DNA of 60,202 nt, filler included, from Dehalococcoidia bacterium (GTDB lineage: Bacteria; Chloroflexota; Dehalococcoidia; DSTF01; RBG-16-68-14): NCBI GenBank assembly GCA_040882355.1. It is 4 parts of 4 records of this genome, joined end to end, with 100 filler letters (N's around TTAATTAATTAA, not from the genome) between each part and the next. Parts side by side here need not be neighbours in the genome. Positions count along the whole stretch, not along the records: positions 46,671 to 60,202 come from JBBEBM010000064.1; 3 more parts are not named here. One strand, given 5' to 3'. Numbering within the stretch: the stretch's first letter is position 1; every line of letters begins with the position of its first letter. Positions 55,387 to 60,202 of the stretch are shown piece after piece. The notes below the pieces were generated by a model. It worked only from the letters and a program-made list of their open reading frames with translations, was not told the origin of the DNA and did no database searches. The translations under genes and the position numbers were made by a program.

Positions 55387-58300
55387 ATGCGCCCACAGCG
55401 CATCTTCCTGCTCATAGCGGTCTCCCTGCTCGTGGCGCTGGCCGGTGTCGTTAGGCCGCCGGACGGTCCGTCCACGCCCGCCTCCGCCGCCACCGGCTGC
55501 GCCGACGTGGACGGCGACGGCATCGTCCACCTGATCGATGGCGTGATGGTGGCGAACTACTTCGGCACCGCGGCCGGGTCCGCGCCTGCTCAGGTCAACA
55601 TCAACAAGACGGGCGCTAACATCGACCTGGCTGACGTCGTCAGCATCGCCAGCGCGCTGGACACCACCACCGGCTGCCAGGCGAGCGGCCTCGCCAACTT
55701 CAATCTCTCAGGCGGCGCGCTGGCCGTGGACGCCAACGGTGAGGTGACCACGCCCGGCGACCCCGTGCAGACCACCCGCACCGTCACTCAGAACAACTTC
55801 GACGTGAGCGTCCAGCTCACCAGCACGGCGGGCGCGGGCATCGCCGGCTTCCAAACGCGCCTCCACTGGGATGAGGCGCTCCTTGACTTCGTGCCTAACA
55901 CGGCGGGCCGCAACGAAGCCTGGCAGGAGAATACCGGTCTCACCACCGCAAGCAACCAGGTGCTGGGCCCGGCGGACGACGGGGCGGGCAATGAGGCGTA
56001 CGTGGAGCTGATGGCGCAGCATATCAGTGAGCCGAACAACACGTTCACGGGCCCAATCGCACAGTTCGAGTTCGCTTGCCACGCGAACGGCACCGCCAAC
56101 GTCACGCTGGAGACGACCAGCTACCACACCAGTCTGGCGGCGAAGGCGAACACTCAGTACTTGCCGACGACTGCCAACGCCACGATCACGTGCGGCATGC
56201 CCAACCTGCCCGCCGTCGACCTGGGCGCCCTCACCCCGCCCGCCCCCACGAAGATCGCCTTCCTCAGCGACCGCGACGGCAATTCCGAGATATACGTTAT
56301 GAACGAGGACGGCAGCGGGCAAACGAACCTCACCAACCACCCCGCGCAAGATGCCGAACCTTCCTGGTCGCCCGATGGATCAAAGATTGCCTTCACCAGC
56401 GACCGCGACGGGGACAACGAGATCTTTGTCATGAACGTTGACGGCGGCGGTCTCAAGCAGCTCACGGACAATGCCTTCTCAGAGCTGGACGCCTCTTGGT
56501 CACCGGGTGGAGCCCAGATAGCCTTCATCTCGAACTCAGACGGCGAGTTCGACGTTTACAAGATGAACGCGGACGGCACGGCAGTCACTCAGCTCACGAA
56601 CGTGGCTGCTGCTGATAGCGACCCTAGCTGGTCGCCCCTCGGTAACAGGATCGCGTTTACGAGCACGCGAGACGGGGGCGACGGTGACATCTTTGTGATG
56701 GACGTTGACGGTACCGATCAGACGGCGGTGACCGCCAACTCAAGCGTGGAGGGCGAAGCTGAGTGGTCGCCGACTGCAAGCAGGCTCGCCTTTCACCGCA
56801 CCGCCGGCCTGACCCGTGACATCATCGCGATGAACGCCGACGGTCTGGACGAGACCAACCTCACGCCGCCGACCGGGAGTGATCAAGACAGTTCGCCTTC
56901 GTGGTCACCGGACGGGAGCACGCTTGCGTTCACGTCGGATAGGGACGGTAACCCAGGCGAAACAGCCGAGATTTACGTAATGAACTCGGACGGGACGGCG
57001 CCTACTCGCCTTACGACGCGCATCGGTACAGAGTTCGGGAATGCCCAACCAGCCTGGCAGCCCAACCCCGTCGCCGACTCCTCCACGCCCGCACCGGACG
57101 TTACGTACGCCGGAGACGCCCCGTCTGACGCCTCGGAGTTCAGCATGACCGTCGCCTCCGGCGACGTGAACGGCGACGGCGTCGACGACCTGATCATCGG
57201 CGATCCTGTCACGAACAGCCTGGACGGGCAGCTCTCCGTTGTGTACGGTTCCACCGCCCTCGGGACCGGCGCGCCGGCCACCATCGACCTCTTCTATGCC
57301 AAACCCAACGTCGTGATCACGGCCCCTGACGGCGGCGCTAACGAGCTGTTGGGCACGGGCCTCGCGGCGGGTGACGTCGACGGTGATGGGATCGATGACA
57401 TCGTCGCCACGGGCAACCACAGCGGCGACGGCCGGGCTTTCGTCATCTTTGGTCAGAACGACTGGCCGAGCACGATCGACCTGCTTTCGCCGCCCGGCGC
57501 CGTAGAGGTGCGCACGATCACCGCCGTCGACAGCGCCGACAGCATGGTCGCCGTGGCGGTGGGCGATGTCGGCGGGCCGGACGCGAAGGCCGAGATCGTC
57601 CTGGGAGCGAACTCGGCGGACGGCCCGGCGAACGGGCGCGACCGCGCAGGTGAGGCCTACGTGATCTACGGATCGGCTTCGCTGCGCAGCACGGCGACGA
57701 TGAGCGCCTCCGCTGCCGACTACACCGTGATCGGCAAGGACCCGTTGGACCGGCTCGGCTGGTTCGTCGGCGTCTCGGGCAGCATTAGCAGCGACTCCAC
57801 CAATGAGCTGTATCTGGGCGCGCTCCTTGCCGACGGCGGCGAGGCACCCGTGCCCGCGCGCGACGCCGCGGGCGAGGCCTATGCTATCTTCGGGCCGATA
57901 ACCGGCGGGCCGACCACGCAAGACCTCTCGTCGACGCCCGCCGACGTCATCGTTGTAGGCGGGGACGTGAACGATCAGCTCTTTGCGGCGGGCGGCGGCG
58001 CGACGAACAAGGTGCTGGGCGCCATCAGCGCAAACGCCGCCGGCCCGGCGAACACCGAGGCCTTTAGCGGCGAGCTCTTTCTCAAGCAGGGCCCGTTCTC
58101 CTCGGGCACGGTGCTCGACGCCGGCTCGTCGTCGAGCACGCTGCGAGTCTTCGGCGCGGACGCGGGCGACCAGCTCAGCCCGAACGCGCCAATCGACCTC
58201 AATAACGATGGACAGCAGGACATCATCATCAGCGCATTGACCGGCGACGGCCCCGGCTTCCCGCCCGGACCACGCGCGGACGCCGGCGAGGCGAACGTCC

Positions 58301-60168
58301 TCTATGGAGCTGCCGGCTCACTGACCACCGGCACGATCGACTTCGGTGCGGCGCCGCCGTATGTCGTGCCCAGCCAGCGCATCTACGGCGCGGCGGCCGG
58401 CGATCACTTCGGCTACCGCCAAACGTCCGGCGACCTGAACGGTGATGGCAAGGCGGACCTGATCGTCGCGGCGCCCGACGCGGAGCACGGCGCGCGTACC
58501 AACCCGGGCAAGGTCTACGTCTTCCTCTCGGACAGCCCAACGCTCGCGCTGGACGCTGTGCCCGGCGGTGACGTCGACACGACGCGCAACGTCCACTCCG
58601 GCGAGACGTTCTCGGTCACGTATCGCATCGAGGGCGTGCCCGCGCTCGTGGGCCTCTCCTCATTCGACGTGCAGCTCAGCTACAACAACACCTTCCTCGA
58701 AGGCCTTTCGGTCACGCCGGGCGGCTTCTTCAACGTGTCGGGCGTCGGCTACAACTGCTCGCAGCAGAGCATCGGCGCGGGCACGGCGCGCCTCGCCTGC
58801 GCGTACGCCGGCCCGGCGCCCGTACCGGGCCCGGCCGGCCAGGGCGACCTGATCACGCTGACGTTCAAGGCGCGCAGCACGGCGGTCAGCTCGACGAGCA
58901 TCACGACCACCAGCGCGACGCTGCTGGAGCCGGCGAAAGGCACAGCGTTCGCCTCGCCCGGCCTCCCGGTTGCGACGCTGAGCGTGGAGCTGATCGATTC
59001 CGTCGCGGGCGGCGGCGCTGGCTGCGACGATACAGCGGCCTCCGGCTGCCCGGCGGAGGACCTCAACCTGAACGGCGCGCGCGGGATCGCGCCCGGCAGC
59101 ATTATCGTCGCCGATACCGCGGCGCACGTCCTGCGCCGGATCGAGGTGGAGGACGTCGATGAACCGACGAGCTTCCGCCTCGCCGGCGATGGCACGGCCG
59201 GCTTCGTGGACGGCTTCGGCACTACCGCCCGCTTCCGCGAGCCGAGCGGCATCGACATCGACTCGCAGGGGAACCTCTACGTCGCGGACGCGTGCAACCA
59301 CCGCATCCGCAAGATCACGCCGGCGGGGCTCGTCACCACCGTCGCCGGCGGCGCGAACGGCGCCGTCGCCTCGGGCTGCGCGAACGGCGGCTATGCAGGC
59401 GACACCGGGCCCGCGCTCGTCGCGGAGCTGGACACGCCGCGCGACGTCGCGGTGGATGGCGCGGGCCACCTCTATATCGCGGACACGGGCAACTGTCGCA
59501 TTGCCCGCGTGGACGCGAACACCGGAGAGATCACCACGATCGCCGGCATACCCGAAGACTGCGGCTTCGCGGACGGGCTGGTCGGAGTCACTCCGGGTTC
59601 GGCGCAGTTCGCCCAGCCCGAGGGTGTGGCGCTGACACCGTTCATTAGCCTCGCCCGGCCCTCGGCGCTCCTGGTGGGCGACACAGGCAACGACCGCATC
59701 CGGAAGGTGTTGGGCGGGCAGGTGACCACAGTCGCGAGCGGGCTGCAGGAGCCGCGCGGGATCGCCGTCGACGCCACCGGGCGCGTCTTCTTCGCGAACT
59801 CCGGCGCCGACACGGGCGCCACGACCGACAACCTGGTGAAGCGGATCGACCTGGACGGCAGCGTGACGACGATCGCAGGCGGCGGCCCCGGCTGCACGGA
59901 GCCGTGCGCCGCGCTCCAGCAGACGCTGGACACCACGTCCGACGTGATCCTGGCGAATGGCATCTTCGCCGTGACGGACGAGTTCGTGAAGCAGATCTTC
60001 AGCGCCGCCGATGCGCAGCCTCCAGGTACCGTCAGGCCATCACCCTGCACCTCTGGCGGCAACAACAGCGGGGACACGGCGGCGATGGCGGCGCCCCTGC
60101 TCGCGCTGGCGTTCCTGGGTACTCGCCGCTGGCGCAAGCTGAGGGTGCCTCGGCCGCGGGACGACTGA
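55387..60168 (+). CDS. Large surface protein: dockerin-like, cohesin-like, PD40/TolB propeller, FG-GAP repeats, cohesin-like, NHL repeats, C-terminal anchor
   Basis: GGAGG RBS; ADVDGDGIVHLID; PSWSPDG repeats; GDVNGDG repeats; LYVADxxNxRIR; C-terminal TM + RRWRK. Confidence 0.88.
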   Translation: MRPQRIFLLIAVSLLVALAGVVRPPDGPSTPASAATGCADVDGDGIVHLIDGVMVANYFGTAAGSAPAQVNINKTGANIDLADVVSIASALDTTTGCQASGLANFNLSGGALAVDANGEVTTPGDPVQTTRTVTQNNFDVSVQLTSTAGAGIAGFQTRLHWDEALLDFVPNTAGRNEAWQENTGLTTASNQVLGPADDGAGNEAYVELMAQHISEPNNTFTGPIAQFEFACHANGTANVTLETTSYHTSLAAKANTQYLPTTANATITCGMPNLPAVDLGALTPPAPTKIAFLSDRDGNSEIYVMNEDGSGQTNLTNHPAQDAEPSWSPDGSKIAFTSDRDGDNEIFVMNVDGGGLKQLTDNAFSELDASWSPGGAQIAFISNSDGEFDVYKMNADGTAVTQLTNVAAADSDPSWSPLGNRIAFTSTRDGGDGDIFVMDVDGTDQTAVTANSSVEGEAEWSPTASRLAFHRTAGLTRDIIAMNADGLDETNLTPPTGSDQDSSPSWSPDGSTLAFTSDRDGNPGETAEIYVMNSDGTAPTRLTTRIGTEFGNAQPAWQPNPVADSSTPAPDVTYAGDAPSDASEFSMTVASGDVNGDGVDDLIIGDPVTNSLDGQLSVVYGSTALGTGAPATIDLFYAKPNVVITAPDGGANELLGTGLAAGDVDGDGIDDIVATGNHSGDGRAFVIFGQNDWPSTIDLLSPPGAVEVRTITAVDSADSMVAVAVGDVGGPDAKAEIVLGANSADGPANGRDRAGEAYVIYGSASLRSTATMSASAADYTVIGKDPLDRLGWFVGVSGSISSDSTNELYLGALLADGGEAPVPARDAAGEAYAIFGPITGGPTTQDLSSTPADVIVVGGDVNDQLFAAGGGATNKVLGAISANAAGPANTEAFSGELFLKQGPFSSGTVLDAGSSSSTLRVFGADAGDQLSPNAPIDLNNDGQQDIIISALTGDGPGFPPGPRADAGEANVLYGAAGSLTTGTIDFGAAPPYVVPSQRIYGAAAGDHFGYRQTSGDLNGDGKADLIVAAPDAEHGARTNPGKVYVFLSDSPTLALDAVPGGDVDTTRNVHSGETFSVTYRIEGVPALVGLSSFDVQLSYNNTFLEGLSVTPGGFFNVSGVGYNCSQQSIGAGTARLACAYAGPAPVPGPAGQGDLITLTFKARSTAVSSTSITTTSATLLEPAKGTAFASPGLPVATLSVELIDSVAGGGAGCDDTAASGCPAEDLNLNGARGIAPGSIIVADTAAHVLRRIEVEDVDEPTSFRLAGDGTAGFVDGFGTTARFREPSGIDIDSQGNLYVADACNHRIRKITPAGLVTTVAGGANGAVASGCANGGYAGDTGPALVAELDTPRDVAVDGAGHLYIADTGNCRIARVDANTGEITTIAGIPEDCGFADGLVGVTPGSAQFAQPEGVALTPFISLARPSALLVGDTGNDRIRKVLGGQVTTVASGLQEPRGIAVDATGRVFFANSGADTGATTDNLVKRIDLDGSVTTIAGGGPGCTEPCAALQQTLDTTSDVILANGIFAVTDEFVKQIFSAADAQPPGTVRPSPCTSGGNNSGDTAAMAAPLLALAFLGTRRWRKLRVPRPRDD

Positions 60169-60202
60169 TCCGGATCGGCGCGTTACGAGGAAGGGGCCCC
60201 GC

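Noticed and set aside
56250..57070. Periodic DNA similarity suggesting an array or CRISPR
   Set aside because: Coding PD40 repeats; no identical direct repeats with spacers and no cas genes

Overview
High-GC bacterial sequence, probably Chloroflexota/Dehalococcoidia-like (inferred from flexitail-type surface proteins and a GAAC-N4-GTTC LexA box). It consists of four contig pieces joined by artificial N/TTAATTAATTAA linkers (1-16643, 16744-32879, 32980-46570, 46671-60202), so adjacency across gaps is not meaningful. Piece 1: a surface-polysaccharide cluster (GT4/GT2, GNAT, DegT, sugar transferase, CapD/PglF, wecB/wecC) with a wHTH-TIR gene bracketed by a duplicated gene 3' end, a two-component system and an M23/VCBS protein. 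Piece 2: lipoproteins and the best candidate novel system, a mau-like operon (Tat protein, mauE, mauD, three paralogous 14-Cys Tat peptides, and a mauF-like membrane gene with an in-frame UGA in a C-x-x-U motif, a probable selenoprotein) lacking mauB/mauG. It also carries tRNA-Lys and a P450/Rieske/heteromeric acyl-CoA dehydrogenase catabolic cluster. Piece 3: amino-acid ABC transporter, tRNA-Gly, ADP-forming acyl-CoA synthetase with a hidden 40-aa basic ORF, two SRPBCC-PDZ paralogs and a DGPF/ECF42 locus. Piece 4: a LexA-controlled imuB-dnaE2 cassette interrupted by vapBC, a dnaE2 carrying several in-frame palindromic repeat insertions, a secreted protein with an apparently circularly permuted metzincin domain, and a 1.6-kaa dockerin/cohesin/beta-propeller surface protein.
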